Virus record (IMG/VR): IMGVR_UViG_3300034027_000007
Location: 1 to 55,413 of that record
DNA: 55,413 nt
DNA from: a virus
Taxonomy: Duplodnaviria; Caudoviricetes
Direction: 5' to 3' (one strand)
In this document: one piece after another, positions 1 through 8,390 of the stretch
Layout of the letters: every line of letters starts with the position of its first letter
How positions within the stretch are numbered: the stretch's first letter is position 1
Made by a program: the position numbers and the translations under genes
The notes under the pieces: model-generated
Seen by the model: the letters and a program-made list of their open reading frames with translations, nothing else
What the model was told of the DNA's origin: nothing
The model's database searches: none

Positions 1-37
1 CACAAAAAAACACCCCCCCATATCGCAAGGAGGGCGC
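1..37 (+). repeat. Left terminal inverted repeat (candidate hairpin telomere half-site)
   Basis: CACAAAAAAACACCCCCCCATATCGCAAGGAGGGCGC matches the reverse complement of 55377-55413 except at positions 1 and 31. Confidence 0.9.
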
Positions 38-63
38 TGTCTAGATTTGGATCATGCTTGAGA

Positions 64-1500
64 CTAGCTCAATCTTCTTTTGGTTGGTGCGTCGATCCAT
101 TCAGCACCTAAGTTTGATTGTGTCCTGCGGGTAGTGGTTTGTTTTTCCTGACGCTGTAACTCGACGGCCTCAGCCTCGGCTTTCTCGTCCCGCTCGTCAT
201 GCCAATCACTGGCCAAAACGTTGTTAGCTTTGATGTTGTTTTCGGCTAGGTGTTGGATCAAATTCCAATCCTCAAACACTCCTGTTAAACTTTCTTGCCC
301 TTGCCGACAATCGATCTCCCAACCGTTCGAGGGAGTCCAAAACAGCGCGGCCTTATCTTTGCGCGGTTTGCCTATCTCACCCCCTGTAACATTCCAGCTT
401 TTAATATCTGACTGGCTGCTAATCAACGTACCTACTCGAATGTTGATTGTTTCTAGCTCCTGCTTGATGGTTACAAACCGCTCGAATTCAATCTCTCGCC
501 CGGTAAAATAAACCATTGAATCGCGCTCGCCTTTTGTCAGTTTTTTGTGATTTGTATACTTAGGAGTCCTGTCAAAATGTTTGTAGTCAGCATTTGCCAA
601 AAGATGATCGACCTCGCCTAATTCGTCAATCGATTTACCTACCGGATCGAAAGTTTTAATTAACCTTGCCGTGAATTTGTAAGCGTACATTCCCTGATAA
701 TCTGATCTACACCACCGAAAGGCTTGACCGCCCAAACAGATATTATTGTTATCAAAAAATAACTCGATTAAAGTTGGCTGACCTTCGGCAACTGGCTTGA
801 CTTGATATGCAGGTTTTTGATTCTTGTTTACAAGCTCAGCAGTGCTGATATTTTGTGCGGGTGTAGGTGCGGGCCATTTTGGTAATGACATCAACTGATC
901 GTGCAATTCAACAGCCCGCTCGTCATTCTGTAAAATGTCGATAATGTTATTAAGTAACTGGGCTGTTGTACCTTCCCTTAATTGTCGCTGCACCCCTTCG
1001 TGCAATGATTTAATATCTGTGCCATCGCGGGTAAGTAGATGCTCATAAAAGTCTCGCAGTTGCTCAGTGCTTTTATAGCAACTTAGCGCATAATGCAAAT
1101 CGGGTTCTTTTGAGGTTAAATGCTTAGCCAATTGTGCAGCCCAACCCCTGATCGTGCTGAGTGTTGGATATTCCGGCTCAGGGTCAGCAGGAGTATAGCC
1201 AGCGCACTCCGGCGCAAAACCTCGATCGTCCGTGGGGTAAAGATCGCGAAACAACAGCGAGTTATTTTGCCCAACCCTGAGATCGTCAAAACAGAGTCCG
1301 TATTCGGTAAGAAACCGATCCAAAGTGTCAAGAGCTAACCGAGCATCCTCTAAATGCAATTTAGCGAGCGGGTGGTAACAATCTGCGGTTGCATCAACGT
1401 GCAAATAAATAGTCTCGTGCGTGAAGGCGAAACCGTTTCTATGAGCAATTGCTGAGGCAATAAGTCCGATAGCTTGTTTGTAGTGTTGCAGGTGTGACAT
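64..1500 (-). CDS. Hypothetical protein (478 aa); shares a ~45-aa domain with 53725..54375
   Basis: Long ORF downstream of the conserved promoter motif at 1523-1545; YPTLSTIRGWA...HYAL...TEQLRDFYEHL segment. Confidence 0.75.
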   Translation of the reverse strand: MSHLQHYKQAIGLIASAIAHRNGFAFTHETIYLHVDATADCYHPLAKLHLEDARLALDTLDRFLTEYGLCFDDLRVGQNNSLLFRDLYPTDDRGFAPECAGYTPADPEPEYPTLSTIRGWAAQLAKHLTSKEPDLHYALSCYKSTEQLRDFYEHLLTRDGTDIKSLHEGVQRQLREGTTAQLLNNIIDILQNDERAVELHDQLMSLPKWPAPTPAQNISTAELVNKNQKPAYQVKPVAEGQPTLIELFFDNNNICLGGQAFRWCRSDYQGMYAYKFTARLIKTFDPVGKSIDELGEVDHLLANADYKHFDRTPKYTNHKKLTKGERDSMVYFTGREIEFERFVTIKQELETINIRVGTLISSQSDIKSWNVTGGEIGKPRKDKAALFWTPSNGWEIDCRQGQESLTGVFEDWNLIQHLAENNIKANNVLASDWHDERDEKAEAEAVELQRQEKQTTTRRTQSNLGAEWIDAPTKRRLS

Positions 1501-1522
1501 GGTAGTTAATTTGTGGGATTGT

Positions 1523-1545
1523 TACATTATACCACCTTATCTTAA
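1523..1545 (-). promoter_or_regulatory. Conserved promoter/operator element (copy 1)
   Basis: Minus strand TTAAGATAAGGTGGTATAATGTA with extended -10 TGGTATAAT, just upstream of the ATG at 1500. Confidence 0.75.
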
Positions 1546-1583
1546 CTTATCTGGACAAATTTTAAAAAAGTTTTTTAGCCATC

Positions 1584-1605
1584 AAAAAACCCCTTGCGGG
1601 GCTTA
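1584..1605 (-). terminator. Probable intrinsic terminator
   Basis: CCCC-TTGC-GGGG stem next to an A-run (U-tract on minus strand), downstream of 1626..2237. Confidence 0.5.
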
Positions 1606-1625
1606 GCTTCATCGTTGGCTATTGG

Positions 1626-2237
1626 CTAATTTGTTGAGGCTTTAGGCGGTGGGACATATTCAAATATATGAAAATCGATTTTACCGCTATATCCTGGTTT
1701 AATGCCACTAACACCGATGTATTTAGCCTCGGCAGTATGGAACCATTCAAGAATAATCGCATCTTTGTTAAAATGGTAAGGCTGTATGCCTGTCTGGCTT
1801 AGTGCTGTGTTTTCTAACAACAAAGTAAGTTGCAAGTGTACAAAATCGGCTATCGAACTGTAAGACCCCCTATAATCGCGCTCAAAGTTGGCTATTGATT
1901 CGCCTTTTGCACAGACATGATTAATGTAACTTGCGAGAGCGTCCTCATATACCGTAAAGATTGAACCGCAATTGCCATTATCGCGTCGGTGAAAATATTT
2001 TGTAAACTCCAAATCGATTCGCGCTCGTTTTTGATACCTCAGATGTGCTTCCTCATAGGTGTTAAACGTTTCGCGTTGGTAATGTTCATCAGCCCAAGTT
2101 TTGTAAATACCTACACCCCATTCTGACTCGCTCAATCGCCGAAAAATTAAATACTCGCTAGTTTTTTTGCCGTTTTTATCTAGAATGCGGGCCGCTTTGA
2201 TGGCTTTAGCTGTAATCGAACCTAGAATGTTTGACAT
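1626..2237 (-). CDS. Putative ArdA-like antirestriction protein (C-terminal half) with an unrelated N-terminus
   Basis: FERDYRGSYSSIADFV...PYHFNKDAI resembles the ArdA F-x3-Y-x-G-x-Y-x-S-x2-DF...YFD pattern; less acidic than typical ArdA. Confidence 0.45.
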   Translation of the reverse strand: MSNILGSITAKAIKAARILDKNGKKTSEYLIFRRLSESEWGVGIYKTWADEHYQRETFNTYEEAHLRYQKRARIDLEFTKYFHRRDNGNCGSIFTVYEDALASYINHVCAKGESIANFERDYRGSYSSIADFVHLQLTLLLENTALSQTGIQPYHFNKDAIILEWFHTAEAKYIGVSGIKPGYSGKIDFHIFEYVPPPKASTN

Positions 2238-2262
2238 TTTGTTTGGTGGTTTGTGGGACTGC

Positions 2263-2285
2263 TACACTATACCACCCTATCTTAA
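2263..2285 (-). promoter_or_regulatory. Conserved promoter/operator element (copy 2)
   Basis: TACACTATACCACCCTATCTTAA on +, upstream of the ATG at 2237. Confidence 0.75.
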
Positions 2286-2426
2286 CCCATCTGGACAAAA
2301 TTGTAAAAAGTTTTAACCCGGCTAAAATCCACTGTACACGCGATTCTAGTTGATGAGCTTGACCCTGTACAGTTGCCCGAGTACCATAATCAGATGTTTG
2401 TGTTTGAGTCTTAAGGTAAAATCCCC

Positions 2427-3572
2427 ATGACAGTAGCAGCGGCATCATTACAAAACCTGACCCCCTACCCTTCTACTTGGGGATTACCAACTCAGCCGAT
2501 CAGAGTCCCCGTACAGTTTCTAGGGAAGGTTAAAGAAATGGTGCAAAATCTAGTGCAGCAGTTAGTTATACAGGAAGGCAACGCGACCCCCAAAGGTCAA
2601 ACCGAGCAGGAATGGGCGAACGAGATCCTCGGTTTGCCGGCCGATTATAAAGTGGGCGATCCGCTGCCTTCAGACATAGCTGAGGAATTAGAACAGATCA
2701 AGCAACAGAACGCTCAAACAACAGCTTTAAGCGACTTATTAGAGCCTGAACATACAATCGCACCGGAACCACCTCGCGGCACTCAGGACTGGATAAACTG
2801 GCAGCAGGCAGCTTGCGGGGGTCGCTGGGAGTTCCCGGTCTATTTAAAAATGCTCAGAGAGGAAGCGGCAGAGGGTGACGAATCGGCTAAGGCCGAACTG
2901 ATGGCATTTAGGCGAAACGGTTTAGACTGCCTTGTCACTGACGATCCGGCACAGAGCCGCAAACAGGCAAAATTAGCTCGCCGTGCTGCTGTGGCTAAAC
3001 GTGCGGGTGCGAAGGTTTTGGATCTGGCTGCTATTGAGCAATTGACCGCGAAACGTTCACCAAATGCAGGTAAACAACATCAGGGGTTTGGTTATCATAA
3101 CCACACAGTAGAATCCGATAAAAATGCTTTAAAGATAGGCAAGCGCAATGATTTATTTTTTGAACACATTTATCAAGCGAGAATCTCGCTTGATAAGTTT
3201 TTAGATGAAATCAAGTCAACTTGTACACCCGGAAAATTAAAACAATACACAGATTTTTTGGAGCATGAAGATTATTGCTGGGTCAATAATATTGATACTC
3301 AGAGCGAGTTTATCAATAAAGTTGGTACAAAAGGTTACGCTAAAGCACTTACAAGGCTTACGGGTGAATTAAAACTTAAATTTGAGTGTGATTCGTCGGG
3401 TGTGTTAAAACATCGAGATCATAACGATCGCGTTTTTGGCGCTTGGGTTCGTTGTTTAGCTGTAGCTTGGGAGTATATAGCAATAAGAGAAGATTATCAA
3501 TATTTAATTGATATTCCAGATCCAGATACACAACGCAAATTAAAATTGCACGGCATTTTGCCCAAGCAATAA
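2427..3572 (+). CDS. Hypothetical protein (381 aa), possible N-terminal ribbon-helix DNA-binding motif
   Basis: Long ORF; STWGLPTQPIRVPVQF resembles the W-x4-T-x2-IRVP motif of small cyanobacterial plasmid proteins; followed by a terminator. Confidence 0.7.
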   Translation: MTVAAASLQNLTPYPSTWGLPTQPIRVPVQFLGKVKEMVQNLVQQLVIQEGNATPKGQTEQEWANEILGLPADYKVGDPLPSDIAEELEQIKQQNAQTTALSDLLEPEHTIAPEPPRGTQDWINWQQAACGGRWEFPVYLKMLREEAAEGDESAKAELMAFRRNGLDCLVTDDPAQSRKQAKLARRAAVAKRAGAKVLDLAAIEQLTAKRSPNAGKQHQGFGYHNHTVESDKNALKIGKRNDLFFEHIYQARISLDKFLDEIKSTCTPGKLKQYTDFLEHEDYCWVNNIDTQSEFINKVGTKGYAKALTRLTGELKLKFECDSSGVLKHRDHNDRVFGAWVRCLAVAWEYIAIREDYQYLIDIPDPDTQRKLKLHGILPKQ

Positions 3573-3591
3573 AACAGTTTAAGCCATCAGT

Positions 3592-3625
3592 AAAACCCGC
3601 AGCATAGGTAAGTGCTGCGGGTTTT
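3592..3625. terminator. Bidirectional intrinsic terminator
   Basis: AAAACCCGCAGCA-loop-TGCTGCGGGTTTT between convergent genes. Confidence 0.8.
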
Positions 3626-3653
3626 GTTTGCCCTATCTTACCTTATCTTATCC

Positions 3654-6600
3654 TTAGTAACCCTCTGGTAAAACCAACCCTCGATTATGCGTAGCAGCGC
3701 ACAAACCTCGATTATATTTCTCAAGCAATGGTGCATAAAAATTGATCCATTGGTTTGCCGTGTTGTTGTTGCACTTAGCGATCTTTGTGACGAGATTTTG
3801 CCCAATATACCACCGCTCTTTACCCGATTTTTTGGCATTAGCCTGCATAAAAGGCAGCATAGCCTCGCTGATTTTACGGAAGTTTGCCGGGGGCTTAGTC
3901 AAGCAACTATCAGGATCTGACAGCGGTCTTAAATCAACCTCACTCGATTTTTTGCTGACAATTTTTTGTACTTCTTGCTTAACCAATTCTGCGGGCGGTG
4001 CATTGTCTGGGGTGCGGTGATACAGTGGGATCTCGCGACTAGAAAGAGTAATTATTCTAGTCAGCCCTTTTAACATCTCGTGTTTGGGGGTTTTGTCCCA
4101 AACGTAAATATTTGTTGATGTTTTGTCTGTAGTCCATTCACCCGCATCATTTTTCCGGTAACAGAAGCGCGGCAAGTTCAGCATCATTGTGGGCGGGTTT
4201 TCTTGCAAGAACTTTAACCGATCTTGGCAAGCTTCAAACCAATCCAACCGCAGCACCATTACCAAACCTTTTAGGGCATGATCGAAAGCGTTTTTAATTA
4301 TAGGTGCGCTTAGTTTGCCATAAGGCGGGTTGCTAAAAATCCAGTCAGCTTTAGGCATTTTGTCCCAATTTTCGGCGACTGTAGCATCTAAGTGATTTTG
4401 CGCGGGTTTTTTAGGATCAATGTCGTTAGTCCAGACTTTAAACCCGGCCGCCTCCATTATGGAAGCGATCGCACGATTGCCGGAGCAAGGCTCGCCAATT
4501 GTGCCACTAAAAGGCACGTTAGCGAGTGCCAACAGCGTCATCCAGGCCGGAGTCTCATAAAAATCATACTTGTGCCTGCCGTTCTCATCTAACTCGATCT
4601 CGATAGCTTCTGGCGCTTCCTCTGTGGCTACTTCCTCAACAAGGGCGGCGGCGGGTGCTTCCTCAGCATCCGGCTCGACTTCCTCAAGGTCGATCTCGAT
4701 TGTCTCAACCTCGGCAGAGGCGGCGGGTGTTGCCTCTATCTCAACCTCAACAGGGGCGGCGGGTGTTGCCTCTATCTCAACCTCGGCAGGGGCGGCGGGT
4801 GTTGCCTCTATCTCAACCTCAACAGGGGCGGCGGCGGGTGTTACCTCAATCGGCTCGGTCACACCCTTGACGGTAGCGAGCAGATGTTCTGGCACTTCCC
4901 AGCCCCAAAGCTTCTGATATCCTCGGACTTTGACGGGTTCGATCGGTGTGACGTTTTCCAATAGCCAAGCATAGCGGCCAGCCTCCCAGATGCCGCAGCG
5001 CCGCTCTAAATCGGTTTGCTTGGCTATGTATTCCTCGGTCATCAGTACGCAGTCTACTAAATTGGCAACTGCGATTACATAACCGCGTTCTAAATCGCTG
5101 TGATGTCTGTCTACCAGCACGAGCAGATCGGGATTGATAGCCGTCTTTTTAACCGTTGACGCGATCGCAATCGGGCCCCGGTATTCACCGCCGCCAAACT
5201 TAGCCGGCCAGCCGCGAGTCTCAATTTTTTTGTTACCGTTGCGGACTAATTCGGCCCAGGGCTGATCGAGGCTCAAAGCTGGGATTTTAAGACTGACTTG
5301 TTGGACTGTTGCAGGAGCGGGTGCAATAACAGCGGGTGCAGCATTTACCACAACAGCGGGTGCAACAACGGCGGGTGCAGCATTTACCACAACAGCGGGT
5401 GCAACAACGGCGGGTGCAGCATTTACCACAACAGCAGGTGCAATAATTGCTTTGTCCTCTAAATCATCAATTTTCGCCCCTGGTTTTCTGACTACATAAT
5501 CGGCATAGTTTAACGTAGTCCTCAACGAGCTTAAATCGCCGTCAAAATGTCCTAAGATGCGCGATTTATATAACAGTTCGTTTGTGCCTTTTGGACAGTG
5601 TAAATCGGTCACGATAGCCGCCCAAGCGCCGCGCAAACTTTTACAGCTTGGGCTTTCTTCCCCTTGCCTAACAGGCAACCAAGAGAAATGTTTTGCCACC
5701 CCGATCCGGTTAACCTGTATCCGAATAGCATCTGAAAGTTTCTTGAGATCCGGATCGTCTGCGTCTATTTGTTGCGCTATTTTTTCCACTTCTGCGACCT
5801 TATCTCGAACTATCTTGCTATCTCTAATTAGATTAAGCCGTCTCAAGAAAAAATCAGAAGTTACACCCAGCAAGATAGTAGAGGTTGCCTGTATTTCTTT
5901 GTCGCGTTTTTTAACCCGCCCTTTAATTGTGAGCATTTTTGGCTCGCCTTCAATTGGGGTAAACTCTGCGGTGTAAATGATTTCAATTGGTCGGCATCCA
6001 GTCGCTGCGACAGCCCCTGCTATCATGCGGTAAACATCATCAGAAACTAAAGCAAACTTAATAGACTCTGTGAACTGTTCCGCGTGAAGGTCTAGCGCTT
6101 GGTTATCCAGTTTTGCAATTACCTTATCATCCGCGATTTTACGATCCTTGCTCCAATCGTAATCGAGGACGCCACAGTATTTAAAATGCAAGTGACGCAA
6201 TATTGTACTGCCGTCCGATTTCTGCCACATAACCGCATTTACACCCTCTACCAGCTTAGGCTTTAGCCTGTTAATTGCTGTGTTGTAGGCTGACAAACGT
6301 TGCATTTTTGTCTTGTCTGAGATCCTTTTAGGATCGAACCTGTCCATCGATAGAAGTTTATCGCACAATGCCTTAATGTCTTCCGGCGACTTAAGACTAA
6401 CCATCAATCGAGCGTACTCTCTCGCAGTCTTAAAGGTGTATTTATCATCTAGTTTGACTGTTTCCTCAGTTCGCTGCGGTAACAGCGCTTTAACGCGCTC
6501 TTGGCTCTGCATTTGGCGGACGATCGCGTATTGCTCAGGGGTGAAAATTTCTTTAATTTCAGCCCAAAAACCATCGCCAAAAGTTGTTTGATTGATTAAA

Positions 6601-7727
6601 GCCTGAATAAAGACTTTTTTAGACTTGTCTGAGCGCTGATCTTGCAGAACTTCCGCGAGCCGATAATCGCCTGATTTAGCTCGCCAGTACACCCGATCGC
6701 CGTTTTTGTACATGGGTGTTTTGATAGAGGTGTTAGGCGTCTCAATGGCAGTGCTAGCAGCCTCAGAAGCTTCGATCGGTTGCACCGCGTCCACATCGAG
6801 CGCAGATATCATATTAGGTTTGCTGGGGCTGTAGGCAAAAATCAACGTTTCGCCCGGTTTTTGGTCTTTATCGCACACCATAACCCGAACCGTACCGGGG
6901 CGGGGCGTCCAGTTAATCTTGTCACCAGCCTTGTAAAGTTTGATTGCTTCTGCGGGTGTTGCCACTACTTCAGCGGGTGCAGCGGCCGGCGCGGTTTCTG
7001 CGGGTGTTGCCACTACCTCAGCGGGTGCAGCGGTCGGCGCGGTTTCTGCGGGTGTTGCCACTACCTCAGCGGGTGCAGCGGCCGGCGCGGTTTCTGCGGG
7101 TGCTGCCACTACCTCAGCGGGTGCAGCGGCCGGCGCGGTTTCTGCGGGTGCAGCGACCAGCGGGGCTTGTTCGGGGGCGGTGACTGTTTCGGGTGCAGCG
7201 GCCGGTGTGGCTTCTGCGGGTGTAGCCGCCACGGCTTCAAAAGGAGCGCCGTACTTGTTGGTCGGATTGCCAAAGTGTTCCTGATACCAGCTATAGAGGG
7301 TTAACTCGCCTAAAGGGGCCCAAAAAGGTTTTTTCTTTTTCTCTGCAACCAGCAATTTTCTTGATGTTTCCGAATACTGATCTCGCTCGCAGTAGACAAT
7401 CAGAACATCGCCACCGCCGGCCGGAGTATAAACCAATTTGTCATTCTCCCGATACATCGGGGCTTTATAAACCTCTTTACCTTCTGCGAGATCGGGCTGT
7501 TTCGGCAATAGCTCTCTGTACTGGCTAGGGGTCATCAAGTCGCCAATATTTGCCCAAACCTTGCGGGTTCCGGTGCTGTCGGCGAGATTAACCCAAACTT
7601 TTTTAGACTTGCTGCTGGCTTGATCTTGGTCGCACTCAACCAAAATATAATTGCCGTCGCACTGATAGTATAAGTTGTCTCCCTTTTGGTGTAGCCGTTT
7701 GGTTCCTGTTTTGGTTGTGACTAACAT
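3654..7727 (-). CDS. Multidomain protelomerase (telomere resolvase) fused to SH3/KOW-like repeats, an ASCH domain and an amino-type DNA methyltransferase
   Basis: ATGCRPIEI, GRVKKR, SLRGAWA, ILGH, TTLNY (protelomerase pentad, ~5490-6450); ALSLDQPWA..GNKKIETRGW..YRGPIAIAS (ASCH, ~4890-5290); DFYETP, EPCSG, NDID, FSNPPY (MTase, ~4080-4570). Confidence 0.88.
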   Translation of the reverse strand: MLVTTKTGTKRLHQKGDNLYYQCDGNYILVECDQDQASSKSKKVWVNLADSTGTRKVWANIGDLMTPSQYRELLPKQPDLAEGKEVYKAPMYRENDKLVYTPAGGGDVLIVYCERDQYSETSRKLLVAEKKKKPFWAPLGELTLYSWYQEHFGNPTNKYGAPFEAVAATPAEATPAAAPETVTAPEQAPLVAAPAETAPAAAPAEVVAAPAETAPAAAPAEVVATPAETAPTAAPAEVVATPAETAPAAAPAEVVATPAEAIKLYKAGDKINWTPRPGTVRVMVCDKDQKPGETLIFAYSPSKPNMISALDVDAVQPIEASEAASTAIETPNTSIKTPMYKNGDRVYWRAKSGDYRLAEVLQDQRSDKSKKVFIQALINQTTFGDGFWAEIKEIFTPEQYAIVRQMQSQERVKALLPQRTEETVKLDDKYTFKTAREYARLMVSLKSPEDIKALCDKLLSMDRFDPKRISDKTKMQRLSAYNTAINRLKPKLVEGVNAVMWQKSDGSTILRHLHFKYCGVLDYDWSKDRKIADDKVIAKLDNQALDLHAEQFTESIKFALVSDDVYRMIAGAVAATGCRPIEIIYTAEFTPIEGEPKMLTIKGRVKKRDKEIQATSTILLGVTSDFFLRRLNLIRDSKIVRDKVAEVEKIAQQIDADDPDLKKLSDAIRIQVNRIGVAKHFSWLPVRQGEESPSCKSLRGAWAAIVTDLHCPKGTNELLYKSRILGHFDGDLSSLRTTLNYADYVVRKPGAKIDDLEDKAIIAPAVVVNAAPAVVAPAVVVNAAPAVVAPAVVVNAAPAVIAPAPATVQQVSLKIPALSLDQPWAELVRNGNKKIETRGWPAKFGGGEYRGPIAIASTVKKTAINPDLLVLVDRHHSDLERGYVIAVANLVDCVLMTEEYIAKQTDLERRCGIWEAGRYAWLLENVTPIEPVKVRGYQKLWGWEVPEHLLATVKGVTEPIEVTPAAAPVEVEIEATPAAPAEVEIEATPAAPVEVEIEATPAASAEVETIEIDLEEVEPDAEEAPAAALVEEVATEEAPEAIEIELDENGRHKYDFYETPAWMTLLALANVPFSGTIGEPCSGNRAIASIMEAAGFKVWTNDIDPKKPAQNHLDATVAENWDKMPKADWIFSNPPYGKLSAPIIKNAFDHALKGLVMVLRLDWFEACQDRLKFLQENPPTMMLNLPRFCYRKNDAGEWTTDKTSTNIYVWDKTPKHEMLKGLTRIITLSSREIPLYHRTPDNAPPAELVKQEVQKIVSKKSSEVDLRPLSDPDSCLTKPPANFRKISEAMLPFMQANAKKSGKERWYIGQNLVTKIAKCNNNTANQWINFYAPLLEKYNRGLCAATHNRGLVLPEGY
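4700..4850. repeat. 36-bp coding tandem repeat (EVEIEATPAAPx), linker between ASCH and MTase
   Basis: About 3.5 near-identical units visible in DNA and protein. Confidence 0.85.
5320..5445. repeat. 39-bp coding tandem repeat (APAVVVNAAPAVV) x3, linker between protelomerase and ASCH
   Basis: Visible in DNA and protein. Confidence 0.85.
6948..7155. repeat. 48-bp coding tandem repeat (PAETAPAAAPAEVVAT) x4
   Basis: Visible in DNA and protein. Confidence 0.9.
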
Positions 7728-7745
7728 ATTTTCCTGTAAAAAATG

Positions 7746-7779
7746 ACCTTATCTTATTCTACAAGATAAGGTAAGATAA
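7746..7779. promoter_or_regulatory. Palindromic AAGATAAGG operator-like site upstream of the protelomerase gene
   Basis: ACCTTATCTT-attctac-AAGATAAGGT followed by another AAGATAA. Confidence 0.6.
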
Positions 7780-7814
7780 TCCCGAACTTTTGGAAAATAT
7801 TTTTAAAAGATTTG

Positions 7815-8339
7815 TTAGTGGTAGCCGCGATCGGCTTCCGTCTCAGGGTGGCTAGCTGCCTTTAAACGCTCCCACAACGGCAACAGCCTTTTATTTTTTG
7901 GTTGATATAAATGCTGTACAAATAAGGGATACTCCCTCGCATACATCTCGTATAGCTTGGGGTTGTTTGCCTTACTGGCTTCAGTGTTGGCTATCCTGTC
8001 GGCTAATTTTACAATTAGTCCAATCTCGCTAGACATTACCCTCGATAGCACTGTTTTGATTTGGGTGATTCTATCTTGGCTTTCGGGGCTGCTAATTACC
8101 CACACAGCATAAGCGATCTCAATACCAAAATTTGCCTCCAATTCTTCATAAGTTGTTTGGGTATCCTCTAAAGTATCGTGCAACCATGCCGCCGCTTGCG
8201 TTAACGGCTCGTTGAATCCTAAAGTCTGGAGTATCTCGGCAACCCGCTCTAAATGCACAGAGTAATTATATCTGCCGTATTTTTGACCTTGATGCTTTTG
8301 TAGTGCAAATTGTCTCGCACGGGCAACAATTTCATCCAT
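7815..8339 (-). CDS. HD-domain protein, RelA/SpoT hydrolase-like (small alarmone hydrolase/Mesh1-like)
   Basis: FALQKHQGQKY, YSVHLERV, AAWLHDTLEDT, VKLADRIAN; ATG at 8339 preferred over 8381. Confidence 0.85.
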   Translation of the reverse strand: MDEIVARARQFALQKHQGQKYGRYNYSVHLERVAEILQTLGFNEPLTQAAAWLHDTLEDTQTTYEELEANFGIEIAYAVWVISSPESQDRITQIKTVLSRVMSSEIGLIVKLADRIANTEASKANNPKLYEMYAREYPLFVQHLYQPKNKRLLPLWERLKAASHPETEADRGYH

Positions 8340-8390
8340 AAAAAAAACGCGGTTAACCACCACCGCGCAAGGACTAAACAACGCTAGAAA

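Noticed and set aside
5490-6450. Tyrosine integrase interpretation
   Set aside because: Motif pattern (TGxRxxE, GxxKK, LRxxW/Y, LGH..TTxxY) plus the terminal palindrome fits protelomerase; no att-like flanks or host DNA in the window
4570-7304. Plus-strand ORFs with repetitive translations (4570..4917, 6780..7304, 6940..7284, 6944..7183)
   Set aside because: Antisense shadows of the tandem repeats in the protelomerase gene
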